A stretch of DNA of 31,436 nt from a virus (lineage: Duplodnaviria > Caudoviricetes), in the IMG/VR virus record IMGVR_UViG_3300049563_000036, positions 1-31,436 of that record; one strand, 5' to 3'. The translations under genes and the position numbers were made by a program. Under the pieces are notes generated by a model. That model saw only the letters and a program-made list of their open reading frames with translations. It was not told where the DNA came from and ran no database searches. The first letter of the stretch is position 1; each line of letters opens with the position of its first letter. Positions 16,601-24,466 of this stretch are shown here, piece by piece.

Positions 16601-17037
16601 TCGTAGTCGATGAGCGCGCAGTCATACACCATGTTCGCGGCGACGGGTTTATCGCCCACGTAGCGGTGGCGGGTACTGAGGATCGTCCCGCCGAACGCGC
16701 GGTCCGCGTTGTTGGTCGATCCTAACGTGATCACGACGTCGGTCCCCTCGACGGGCACCCACCCGTACGCGGTCATCGTGCCGGTCGTCGGCGTACTGCT
16801 GACGGAGTCGTTGATCGTGAGCGAATCGATCAACACGCCGACGCCTGGGACCGTGCCGATCGGCACGCCGCCGATCGCGATGAACGGGCGCCCGCTCGTG
16901 TAGTTCGAGCGCGTGGCGCCCGAGCGCGCGATCTTGGCGATCGCATACAGCGGGACTTTCGTCCCGAGGAGGACCGGCCACCCCGAGCGGGTCGCCTTCG
17001 ACCGCGCGATCCCCGAGCGGGCGATCGTGAGGGTCAT
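13615..17037 (-). CDS. Tail tip/hub protein with nested Fn3/Ig-like repeat stalk
   Basis: Follows the tape measure; hub-like N- and C-termini; five YxVTxxTxxGET halves followed by five R.LYR...T.Y.D halves. Confidence 0.8.
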   Translation of the reverse strand: MTLTIARSGIARSKATRSGWPVLLGTKVPLYAIAKIARSGATRSNYTSGRPFIAIGGVPIGTVPGVGVLIDSLTINDSVSSTPTTGTMTAYGWVPVEGTDVVITLGSTNNADRAFGGTILSTRHRYVGDKPVAANMVYDCALIDYEWGLQRRKVSDKFTATTVGAIAASLMTRAPAGYTLQVAADIAAARIDEITFTEQNLDNAIGQLVTRVGGDWQCDYTKVVRLFFTDTATAPPTIVNAVHPSMAGITWDRDLSQVVTRVYVDAGGSNALEAIAPGATMIPVDTAVWYPPTGGTVLAGPQRVQYASVDLGGGGSLVGPGAAPISALNALVVPGAGVTPGAHNYAVTYRTAAGETIPSPVATVQVGVFAPPAAAPVAGPPTVAGPGPDLGAHDYAVTFIVSTGETTPGPRVTGATDVTPPPPAGPNVTLGAEGAGPDFGTHDYAVSFVTAAGETTPGPIGGSATTGNTPITPPATAPTFGAPTAGGAVPNGTHTWGVSFVTAYGETTLGPGAALTVGSDNVPDPTTGPTVVPSGSSSSGNYNGGTLFYVYTWVTATGETLVSSSNMIVVSPGTGAIDTIVRAYGSTDLRCTNVNIYRNSTTNGVHIIANRWQYAGQVANNATGGLCAPFDDDYSVAGAAPPSANGTSPNHTVPVQNIPRGSANVIARKLYRSLAGTGTMRLVSTLNNNTATTYSDALSDAQLGAGAPGSNTALGTVALALDSIPKGAAAVTARKLYRRSGGVGLRYLDTIANNSATTYTDTKANATLGAAPPATNTAYLQQIPLSAIPIGGSVVTSRKLYRTKIGSSTLFLLATLDNVVTTYLDTTPDASLGAAAPSTNAATAAQVNLSAIPVGAPTVTARVLYRTAANLAQLRVLTTIANNVDTTWVDTAADAVLGANAPTSDTSTLVQPQGNVLAGSPTVPCASLAAFSPSGGWAIAGSQVIRYTGIAGNTLTGVPASGPGSVASPLSYNTTIAAAPTIRGIPATGVGAIRVAIVKGDPVDLFVQEDDVAAQTALAAQLGGGADGIVEDEIQDRRLSATEAHARARARLAQLAERDADGKVGIITVHYTCRDLNTRAGATVTINLGPPINLRGDFLIQRVTVQQFGVPHLPPTYTVEASSVRFTFEELLRVIREAAA

Positions 17038-19052
17038 GTCCCGTATGGCAGGCGCATCCCCTGCCCCTTCAGCAACGCGACCTGCGCGTCGCCGACGGCG
17101 CGCGCGATCGCGTCCGGGGTGCCGAGCGGGTGCGTGATGTAGAAGTTATTGACGACACCGCCACCGCCGGCGCCGCCGCCAGGCGTCACGAACCCGCTGG
17201 CGCCGGGGGTGAAGATTTCCGGCGCCTTGCCGCCGCCGATCAGGTACGACTGGCCGGCGACGACCGGCCCGCCGCTGTCGCGCGTCTGCACCGGGGGCGG
17301 GGCGAATCCGGTGTCGATGTAGAACCCGCCGCGCGCGTTTTGGACGTCGCGCATGTCCTTCTGCATTTGCACGTACGCGCCCGAGTCGTGAAAGCTGGTC
17401 AGGCCCGCGATCATCTCGGCGGTGCCGGCGACCACGACGCCTTGGAACTGTTCAAAGGAATCCTTCGCCGCCTTGAAGTGCGTCGTATACGCGGCGCCGA
17501 TCACGTCGGCGGACTCGGTGGCCGCCGCGGTCGTCGTCTGGATGCCCTGCTGGATCGCGTCCTGCGCCTGGGCGTCAGCCAGGTTGGCCTTGAGGAAGGC
17601 GGCCTCGCTCGCCTCGGCCGCTTGTTTCTTCTGAAACTCGGCGAGGATGCGGTCGTTGGTCGCTTTCAACATCGCCTGGTCGATGACCTTGCGCTGGTCC
17701 GCTTCCGCTTTCTCGAGATCCGCCGTGGCCGTGAGCGCGGTCGCGTAGTCCTCGAGCGCGATCTTCACCGCGGCCACTTGCTGCGCGGTGACCCCGTAGG
17801 CCTTCGCCAGGTCGCCCTGGGATACCCCCGCCGACAAATAGAACTTGATCGCCTCGACGACGGTGCCGTCGAGCGTGTCAAGGGTCGTCTGCCACCCGAC
17901 GGTGGACGCGTTGAGGGCGTCGGTCGCCTTTTGCCACTCGGCCAGCGCCGCAGCGTCCTTCTTGACCTGGTCTTCGTGCGCCTTTAGCACTTCCTTCTGG
18001 GCCTCGAGCGCCTCGCTCGCCGTACGCACGTGGGGCGCGAGCTGCTGCACGGTGGCGTCATGCGCGGCCGTCGTTTGCGCGATCAGGGTCTCGAGGGGCG
18101 GCAGCTCGGTCGCCTTCAGGCCGAACGCCTCGAGCGCCGCCGCGCCGTTGCGAAAGGCCGTGGCGACGAGATTCGCGGGACTGATGACCGCCTTGACGGC
18201 ATCCGGGAGCGCGGTATAGGCCACGCGCAGCTTGTCGATCCACCCGACAAACAGCGACAGTGCCGGGATCAAGTCCGCGCCGAGGGCGATCCCCAGCGCG
18301 GAGACATGCTCCTTGAGCGCGTTGACCTGGAACCCGAACGCCTCGGCGTCCTTGGCCTGCTGCGCGGTCCACGGTTCGATGTCGGCCGTGCGGCGCAGGC
18401 CGTCGTCGAGGTCGTTGAGCGCGTGCGCGACGTCGCGGTACCCCTTCCCGAGCACCTCGGTGCCCGCCGCGGCGCGCGCGGAGGGATCCGCGATGCGTTG
18501 CAAGCCGGCGGTGACGAGCTCGAGATATTTATCCGGCCCGGCGGCTTTGAGCTGCTCGGTCGAGAGGCCCATCGCGGAGAGGCCGCGTTGGAAGGCCTCG
18601 CTGTTCTCGCCCATGCGTTGTTCGAGCTTGAACACGACATCGGTGAGCTGATTCAGGTCGGCCCCGATGACGTGCGCCGCATTGGACAGGCGCGAGAGCG
18701 CCGGCACGCTCATGCCGGTCTTGTCCGCCAGGTCGTCGAACCGGGCGATCACGTCGGCGGAGTGCGACCCGAGCTCGAACAGCGCCGTGCCGAGCGCGAC
18801 GACGCCGCCGGTCAGGCCGACCGCCGCGACGCCCACGGTGCCGAGCGACTCGGCGAACCCGGTCGCCACCTGGGTCGCGGTGCCCATCGGATCGCTAATG
18901 GTGCTCTTGATGTTGACGCCCTCGCCGATCTTCGAGAGCTTCGCCGCCGCCGTATCGGCGCCCGTCTCCATCGTCTTCACGGCGGCGGTCGCCGTCGCGG
19001 CCTCTTTGGTGAAGGCGCTGAAGTCGGCGAGCAGCGTGCCGGTCAGGGCCAT
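17034..19052 (-). CDS. Tape measure protein
   Basis: Ala-rich helical sequence following the chaperones; DDLADKTGMS; C-terminal GGPV.AG..Y.IG...PE.F.P...G motif. Confidence 0.9.
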   Translation of the reverse strand: MALTGTLLADFSAFTKEAATATAAVKTMETGADTAAAKLSKIGEGVNIKSTISDPMGTATQVATGFAESLGTVGVAAVGLTGGVVALGTALFELGSHSADVIARFDDLADKTGMSVPALSRLSNAAHVIGADLNQLTDVVFKLEQRMGENSEAFQRGLSAMGLSTEQLKAAGPDKYLELVTAGLQRIADPSARAAAGTEVLGKGYRDVAHALNDLDDGLRRTADIEPWTAQQAKDAEAFGFQVNALKEHVSALGIALGADLIPALSLFVGWIDKLRVAYTALPDAVKAVISPANLVATAFRNGAAALEAFGLKATELPPLETLIAQTTAAHDATVQQLAPHVRTASEALEAQKEVLKAHEDQVKKDAAALAEWQKATDALNASTVGWQTTLDTLDGTVVEAIKFYLSAGVSQGDLAKAYGVTAQQVAAVKIALEDYATALTATADLEKAEADQRKVIDQAMLKATNDRILAEFQKKQAAEASEAAFLKANLADAQAQDAIQQGIQTTTAAATESADVIGAAYTTHFKAAKDSFEQFQGVVVAGTAEMIAGLTSFHDSGAYVQMQKDMRDVQNARGGFYIDTGFAPPPVQTRDSGGPVVAGQSYLIGGGKAPEIFTPGASGFVTPGGGAGGGGVVNNFYITHPLGTPDAIARAVGDAQVALLKGQGMRLPYGT

Positions 19053-19198
19053 CAGCGATCCGCCTCGGCCTGGTCGAGATGCTCGACGAGCACGTCATAG
19101 ACGGCGCGCGGGAGCGCGTCCACCCACTCGTACCGCCAGCCGCCCATCGCGCGACAGATGTTCATGGTGGAGAGGACCCGGGTGCGGAAGTGCTCGTC
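19052..19198 (-). CDS. Tail assembly chaperone gpT-like extension, reached by -1 frameshift
   Basis: Open -1 frame DEHFRTRVLSTMNICRAMGGWRYEWVDALP... whose stop overlaps the TMP ATG. Confidence 0.8.
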   Translation of the reverse strand, partial: DEHFRTRVLSTMNICRAMGGWRYEWVDALPRAVYDVLVEHLDQAEADR

Positions 19199-19533
19199 TT
19201 TTTTTTTGCGTCGAGGGCCGCGTCGGCGGCCGCCTCGTGGCGGTCGAGCACCGCAATGATCTCGCGCAGCGTCGCCTTGTCGAGTGCGCCCAGCGTGGCG
19301 CGGCGCGTCTCCTCGGGCAGATCGAGATCGTAGGGCAACGGTCCGCCGTCGAGGCCGACAAGCGACCACCCGACGATGTAGGCGAGCGGCTTCGCGAACG
19401 TCTTGCGGTCGGCGAGCGCCGTGAGCATCTCGACGTACTGGCCCGCGTTGAGTTCTTTCTGCACGTCGAGATAGTCGCCCTCGGAGAGCGGCACCCGCAC
19501 GACTTCCGGCGCGACGACACGACAGCGGCCCAT
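19162..19533 (-). CDS. Tail assembly chaperone gpG-like
   Basis: Lies between tail tube and TMP; ends AKKK on the slippery GCA AAA AAA AAG. Confidence 0.85.
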   Translation of the reverse strand: MGRCRVVAPEVVRVPLSEGDYLDVQKELNAGQYVEMLTALADRKTFAKPLAYIVGWSLVGLDGGPLPYDLDLPEETRRATLGALDKATLREIIAVLDRHEAAADAALDAKKKTSTSAPGSSPP

Positions 19534-19806
19534 TCATGTCACCAGGGACTGCGGCGGCCCGAGGGTCGCGGTCAGGCGACCCTCGTCGCGCGCCAGGGTT
19601 TTGATCGGAAACCGCCATTCGCCTTTCGCGTGCTTCGCGGTGAAGACGAGCGGCGTCTGCGCCATCTTGAACGGGTCGGCCAGGACCACCGTCGCGGTCA
19701 GCGTCCACGCGGTCAGCGTCTTGTCGGTGGGCGTGACCGCATACCCGTGGATCGCCGCGGCGGTGTAGTGCCCCCATTTGATCGACCCGATCACGCCCGA
19801 CAGCAC
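19534..19806 (-). CDS. 90-aa beta-rich tail-region protein
   Basis: GAGG RBS 6 nt before GTG; stop abuts the chaperone ATG. Confidence 0.65.
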   Translation of the reverse strand: MLSGVIGSIKWGHYTAAAIHGYAVTPTDKTLTAWTLTATVVLADPFKMAQTPLVFTAKHAKGEWRFPIKTLARDEGRLTATLGPPQSLVT

Positions 19807-19819
19807 GGCGCGCCTCGCT

Positions 19820-20236
19820 CTACGGGTGCGTCCACGGGCCCGCGGCGACAAACGCGCCGCTGATCGTGACCGCGCCGTTGGCCGGCACGGAAATCTTGCC
19901 GTCGAGGAGGCCGCGCCCCGAGAACTTCGGCGGGGTGGTGCCCAGGCTGGTCGGGAACAAGTCCAACCACGGCGCGACCGTGCCGAAGATGACCGAGAAG
20001 ATCACCAGGCCATCGACCGGATCGTACATGCCGCCAAAGGTGCCCTTGAGGTCCGGCAACCCATCGACGTACACCTGGTTGGTGTCGCCGAAGCACGTCA
20101 CCTTGACGTGATCCTTCGCCATGTCGAGGTCCCATTTATCGAGCGAAGCGACCAGGACTGACGCGACCCCCCCGACGCCCGTGGGGTCCATTTTGATCTG
20201 CCCGCTTTTGCCGTGAATCCGATCGATCGCTGCCAT
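19820..20236 (-). CDS. Major tail (tube) protein
   Basis: HGKSG...W.LD......VT.FGD....YV.GL.D..G...G..D pattern; position after the tail terminator. Confidence 0.85.
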   Translation of the reverse strand: MAAIDRIHGKSGQIKMDPTGVGGVASVLVASLDKWDLDMAKDHVKVTCFGDTNQVYVDGLPDLKGTFGGMYDPVDGLVIFSVIFGTVAPWLDLFPTSLGTTPPKFSGRGLLDGKISVPANGAVTISGAFVAAGPWTHP

Positions 20237-20260
20237 AGCGTGTTCCTCGAGGTTGCGGGT

Positions 20261-20686
20261 TTACGTGACGAGCGGGGCGACCATGACGTGCAAGTGACCC
20301 CCGCAGCGGTTCCAGCGAATCGACGGATCGATGTCGTCGACTTCGACGGTCTCGATCTCCTCCTCGAACTGCGTGAGCATCGCGCCGTAGTCCGCGATCG
20401 CCAGGTCGGCATCGGTCAGCAGGGTCGCGATCCGCGCGAAGGCGCTCTCGACGTCGGTGCCGGTCGTCATCAGCGCGCGCGCCTCGACCAGGTAGACCGT
20501 GTCCTTGAACCCGGGCCCGCCGAAGATCGGGATGTCGGCCGCCGAGACGAGCTGCACGATCCCGAAGCGCGTCGCGCCGGGCGGCGCCTCGGCGAACCAC
20601 ACGCCGTCGGGCAGGATCACGCGCAACGCGGCGTCCTGCTGCAACACCTGGAGCAGTGCGATCGTGATCGTGGCGACGTTAAGCAC
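20261..20686 (-). CDS. Tail terminator / tail completion protein
   Basis: L..DAAL...LPDGVW...AP motif; synteny. Confidence 0.75.
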   Translation of the reverse strand: MLNVATITIALLQVLQQDAALRVILPDGVWFAEAPPGATRFGIVQLVSAADIPIFGGPGFKDTVYLVEARALMTTGTDVESAFARIATLLTDADLAIADYGAMLTQFEEEIETVEVDDIDPSIRWNRCGGHLHVMVAPLVT

Positions 20687-21113
20687 CGCCCGTCACCTGC
20701 AGGCCCATGTCCTCGAGCACGCGCGGAATCGGCCCCGCATAGAGGCCGCGCCGCGCGCGGATCAGCGTCGCGGAGAACAACGGATTCGCGGGCATCGACC
20801 CGCGGTAGGCGCCGATCGCGGTGTGGCGCGCCTGGCTGCCCCGCTCAAACACCGCGGCATGGGGCGACGTGTTGATCACGACCGCCTCGGTGCGCGTCGC
20901 GTCCGTGTGCACGACGACCGCCAGGTGATCCTTCAGATTGCCGGTGCGCGTCGGATACCCCGCGTAGATCGTCTGTTTCGCCGCCTGCGCGGCGCCCTCG
21001 ACCTCGGGCGCGGCCGTCGCGGTGAGATCCTGCGCGAGCGTCGCGAACTGGTCGACGAGCTCCTGGATCCCGGTCCACTGGAACCACACCGACGCGCCGC
21101 CCGGCCCACTCAC
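20679..21113 (-). CDS. HK97 gp10-like neck protein
   Basis: P.RTG.L...; A..FE.G...MPA.P.F motif. Confidence 0.8.
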   Translation of the reverse strand: MSGPGGASVWFQWTGIQELVDQFATLAQDLTATAAPEVEGAAQAAKQTIYAGYPTRTGNLKDHLAVVVHTDATRTEAVVINTSPHAAVFERGSQARHTAIGAYRGSMPANPLFSATLIRARRGLYAGPIPRVLEDMGLQVTGGA

Positions 21114-21463
21114 TCGACCACCTCCGCGCAGACGAGATGTAACTGCACGTGGCGCTCTTCGTAGTCGAAGATGCCGAGCACCGAGAGGCTGCGCCCGTCA
21201 TAGAGAAACCGCGTCTTGGTCGTGAGGCCCGTCCGATACGGGACCGTCACAATGTGCGTCGCCATCGAGATCGTGGTCCCGGCGGTGATTTGCTCGAGCG
21301 AGGCCTGCGAGGCGGGCGTGATGCGCGCGAACTCGGGCGGCGGCAAATCGATCCACGACTGCGTGTAGCCGGTGCCGTCGGGGATCGGCGGGCCGGGTTT
21401 CTGGAACAACCCCTGGTGGAGCCGTTGCCCGCTCGAGACGTAGGCCGCGGTGGTGGGACTCAT
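21110..21463 (-). CDS. Head closure / head-tail adaptor (SPP1 gp16-like)
   Basis: G..L......G.Y.QSW...TH.VT..YR......R..Y.GR...V..I.D..E....L.L.C.E pattern. Confidence 0.85.
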   Translation of the reverse strand: MSPTTAAYVSSGQRLHQGLFQKPGPPIPDGTGYTQSWIDLPPPEFARITPASQASLEQITAGTTISMATHIVTVPYRTGLTTKTRFLYDGRSLSVLGIFDYEERHVQLHLVCAEVVE

Positions 21464-21789
21464 GCGATCCCCGGATCGTGATAGGCGCGCAGCAGTTCAC
21501 GGACCAGCACGTGGAGCTCCTCCGGGTCCTGGCGCGCGGGGCCCTCGAGGTCGTCGCCGCGGAACCGATAGAACTCGCCCGCCTGCACCAGAATCGCTGC
21601 GACGACCACTTGCGGCACGGTCGTCTCGTCCCAGGCCTCCGCGATCGCTTTCGTGCGCGTTGTCGTGCTGCACCAACCGAGGATCTTCGCCTCGGCCTGG
21701 TCGGCCATGCTTTGCACGTCCGCGTCATCCGCGGTCGACGTGATCCGCAGCCGCGCCTTGACTTGATCGAGCGTCACGAACAGCGCCAC
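21460..21789 (-). CDS. Head-tail connector (HK97 gp6/SPP1 gp15-like)
   Basis: VTLDQVKA.LRI...DD...VP..V.AAIL....FY..R...LL..Y. Confidence 0.9.
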   Translation of the reverse strand: MALFVTLDQVKARLRITSTADDADVQSMADQAEAKILGWCSTTTRTKAIAEAWDETTVPQVVVAAILVQAGEFYRFRGDDLEGPARQDPEELHVLVRELLRAYHDPGIA

Positions 21790-21792
21790 GGG

Positions 21793-22383
21793 TTACCGCC
21801 GCCTCGTGTCGTCATAGACCTGTTGCCAGTCCTTGCCGGCCGGCCCGATGGGTCCGGGCCCGCCGTCCTTGCCGTCCTTGCCGTCGCGCCCGCGTTTGAC
21901 TTTCAGCGTCCACGCTTTCGAGCCGTCGCCGGGTTTGGTCGTCGTCGGCGCCGTGCAATGCCACTCCGAGCCGGCCCACGTCACGCCATCGCCGGGCTCA
22001 TAGGCGCGGCCCTCGATCCAGACGCCACGGTAGAGCTCGACGGCGAACCGCGCCGTGCCGATCTCCTTCACGATGTCGCCATGCGCGGCGGTGATCGTGA
22101 ATGACCGATCATCGGCTTGCGTCACGCCGAGGTCGTCGAACCCGACGCCGTCGACGCCGTCGCGGCCGGCGGGCCCGGGCGGCCCGGGCACGAGCGCGCG
22201 CGTCTCGAGCACGGCCAGGCGTTCGCGCATGGTGCCGATCTCGGTCGTCGCCGTGACCAGGCCGGCGAGCTGCGCGTCGAGCACCCCGAGGCGCGCGGTG
22301 ACTTCCTCGAACTGGCGCCGCACATAGTCGCGGATTACCGGCGCGATGCCGTCGACGATCGCCGCGAGCTCGTCGGCGGTCAT
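21793..22383 (-). CDS. Portal-associated collagen-repeat protein
   Basis: Coiled coil, GPPGPAGRDG, YRGVW..G..Y..GD.VTW.GS.WHC...KPG...W.L.VKRGRDG. Confidence 0.75.
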   Translation of the reverse strand: MTADELAAIVDGIAPVIRDYVRRQFEEVTARLGVLDAQLAGLVTATTEIGTMRERLAVLETRALVPGPPGPAGRDGVDGVGFDDLGVTQADDRSFTITAAHGDIVKEIGTARFAVELYRGVWIEGRAYEPGDGVTWAGSEWHCTAPTTTKPGDGSKAWTLKVKRGRDGKDGKDGGPGPIGPAGKDWQQVYDDTRRR

Positions 22384-23777
22384 GCGGCTAACGCCTTTGT
22401 CAGCAGGTGGCCCATCTGCGCGGCCATCTGTGTCGGGGGCACCTGGTCGGCCGCCGGCGTCGCCATCGGCGCCGGGGTCGGTTTACTGAACGGGTCCGCG
22501 CTGTCACGTTGCGCGAGCGCCTTCAGCGAAAAATATTGCTGCTGCATGTACGGTGTGTCGCCACCTTCGACGGGCGGCAGGCCGAAGTACCGCTCGCGCG
22601 CTTCGTCCGGCGACATGGCGCCGGCGCCGATCGCGTCGGCGGCGGCCTTCGTCTTGGTCGCCGTGTCCATCCAGATCAGGTCGTCGATGTCGAACTCCGT
22701 GCCGTAGGGCGTGCCGTCGAGGCCGAGCCCCTCGTCGAGACACGCCTCGAAGTTCGTGATCAGCGACTGAATACAGAGCGAGTGGTACATCTGCCACTCG
22801 GACTCGAGCTGGACGCCGCGCGGCGGTTCGCCGACGCCAATCAGAAACGGCGGCACGTGATAGCAGCTACAAATCGTGGCGGCGGTCCAGCCCAACTGCG
22901 CGATCAGTTCCGCATCGTGGGCATTCACCGTCAATTGCGTGTACTTGAGATCGCCCGTGAACGCTGCGACATTGCCGGCGTTGGGACCGCTATAGGCGGC
23001 TTTCCATTTGGCCGCGAGATCGGCGAGGGCGGCGTCCGTCACGCCGGGCGGCGTGGTGATCATTGCGCTGGGGCGGCTGGCATTCGTAAAGAACGCGGTC
23101 GAGCTGTTCTGGATCGCCAGCCCCTGCATCGCCGCCGCCGCGCAGGCGTAGATGGGCGACATGCCCACGAGCGGATGAAACAGGCACACCATGCGGTCGT
23201 GAATAATTTCGCTCGCCGGCACGATGACCTTGTCGGGCTCGCCGGTCAGCGCCAGCGTGCCCGACAAATTGTCATGCTGCAGTTGGTAGTAGATCCCGCC
23301 ATCGGATGTGATGAGCGGCAGACAGCGCAGCGGGTCGAGCACGTAGAGGGCGGTGACGATGCCGCGCGCGTCGCGCTCCTTGAGCACGTACGTGTTGCCC
23401 CACATCAGTTTGGACGTGATCCACTGCTCGACGAACTTCGTGATCGTCTGGTAGCGGTTCGGTTTGCGGAGGACCGGCGAAAAACTCGGCGAGGCCGTCT
23501 CCTCCCACAACCCGTCGTCGGTCTCCTCGACCAGGCGCAGGGTCAGCTTCCCCATGTCCTGGGCAATCAGGGTGACGCACGCGAACACGGGCGCGTATTG
23601 GAGGACCTGGTCGCGGCGGCCTTCGACGTTGACCTGCCAGGCGCCGCTATAGGGTTCGCGCACGACGAGCGGCCACCAGCCGCCGCCACTCGCGGCGCCA
23701 GGACTATAGGGCGCCGTCAGGCTTTTCGCGGTGAGCTCGAGGCCGCGGCCGAACAACTGCAGCCGGACACTCGCCAT
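22380..23777 (-). CDS. Portal protein (HK97 family)
   Basis: VFACV..IA.D...L, L.KPN.YQT..F, GN.Y, IIH.R, G.SPI, MSPDEAR...GLPPV.GGD. Confidence 0.95.
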   Translation of the reverse strand: MASVRLQLFGRGLELTAKSLTAPYSPGAASGGGWWPLVVREPYSGAWQVNVEGRRDQVLQYAPVFACVTLIAQDMGKLTLRLVEETDDGLWEETASPSFSPVLRKPNRYQTITKFVEQWITSKLMWGNTYVLKERDARGIVTALYVLDPLRCLPLITSDGGIYYQLQHDNLSGTLALTGEPDKVIVPASEIIHDRMVCLFHPLVGMSPIYACAAAAMQGLAIQNSSTAFFTNASRPSAMITTPPGVTDAALADLAAKWKAAYSGPNAGNVAAFTGDLKYTQLTVNAHDAELIAQLGWTAATICSCYHVPPFLIGVGEPPRGVQLESEWQMYHSLCIQSLITNFEACLDEGLGLDGTPYGTEFDIDDLIWMDTATKTKAAADAIGAGAMSPDEARERYFGLPPVEGGDTPYMQQQYFSLKALAQRDSADPFSKPTPAPMATPAADQVPPTQMAAQMGHLLTKALAA

Positions 23778-24280
23778 CAGCGGCCGAGGCCGCCGTGCGG
23801 CGGATCGGGGGCGTGGCGGGCCGTCCCGCGCGTCGCCGTCACGGTGAACGTCACCGGGTCGGAGAGGTTGCCGCCTGCGCGGACCTGGATCGGCACGACG
23901 CCCTCGGTCGCGGTCGCCATGACGACGTCGGTCGTCACCGCCGTGTCCGAAACGACGGTCGTCGCGCGGTCGGCGCCGTTGGCGACAATCACGCTGTCGG
24001 CCGCGAACCCGGTGCCGGTGACTTGCAGCGTGAAGTCCGGCGCGCCGAGCGCCACGGTCGCCGGCGTCAGGCTGGTGATGGTCGGCGGGACGATCGGCGC
24101 CTCGGTCCAGCCGTCGATCGAGACGAACCCGATCCCGCGCAGCGTTTCGGCCAGCGCGCGATCGGTGACGGCGTACGTCTCGCCCTCGAGATGTTCGACG
24201 CCGTTCTCGGTGTGGTAGACGCGGGCGACGACGTCGATCGACTCGCCGGCCGCGCGCTCGGCCACGTGTTTACCGCGCAT
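23777..24280 (-). CDS. Probable head decoration protein with IPT/TIG Ig-like domain
   Basis: P.ITSL.P......TL.V.GTGF...S.....G...S....F.V; GGAGG RBS. Confidence 0.75.
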   Translation of the reverse strand: MRGKHVAERAAGESIDVVARVYHTENGVEHLEGETYAVTDRALAETLRGIGFVSIDGWTEAPIVPPTITSLTPATVALGAPDFTLQVTGTGFAADSVIVANGADRATTVVSDTAVTTDVVMATATEGVVPIQVRAGGNLSDPVTFTVTATRGTARHAPDPPHGGLGR

Positions 24281-24464
24281 GTTTCCTCCCGGTGGCGGCC
24301 GTCGGGCCGACGCGCGGCGGCACCGCGTCCACCGCACACCGCATCGCAAAGCCGGCGACCTCGAGCTGCTCGACGAGGCCGGCCTCGACCGTGATCACAT
24401 CGCCCGCGCGCGGGTACTGGCCCTCCCAGTACCCGTCGCGGAGCACCGTCATAGAGACGCGCAT
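24270..24464 (-). CDS. Small post-capsid protein
   Basis: AGDVITV....VEQLE.AGFA motif typical of small head accessory proteins; begins 2 nt after the capsid stop. Confidence 0.65.
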   Translation of the reverse strand: MRVSMTVLRDGYWEGQYPRAGDVITVEAGLVEQLEVAGFAMRCAVDAVPPRVGPTAATGRKHAR

Positions 24465-24466
24465 GA

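Noticed and set aside
19806-19830. +1 frameshift extending the tail tube protein into the 90-aa ORF
   Set aside because: The gene ends CCG TAG rather than the shifty CCC-stop, and the next ORF has its own GAGG RBS
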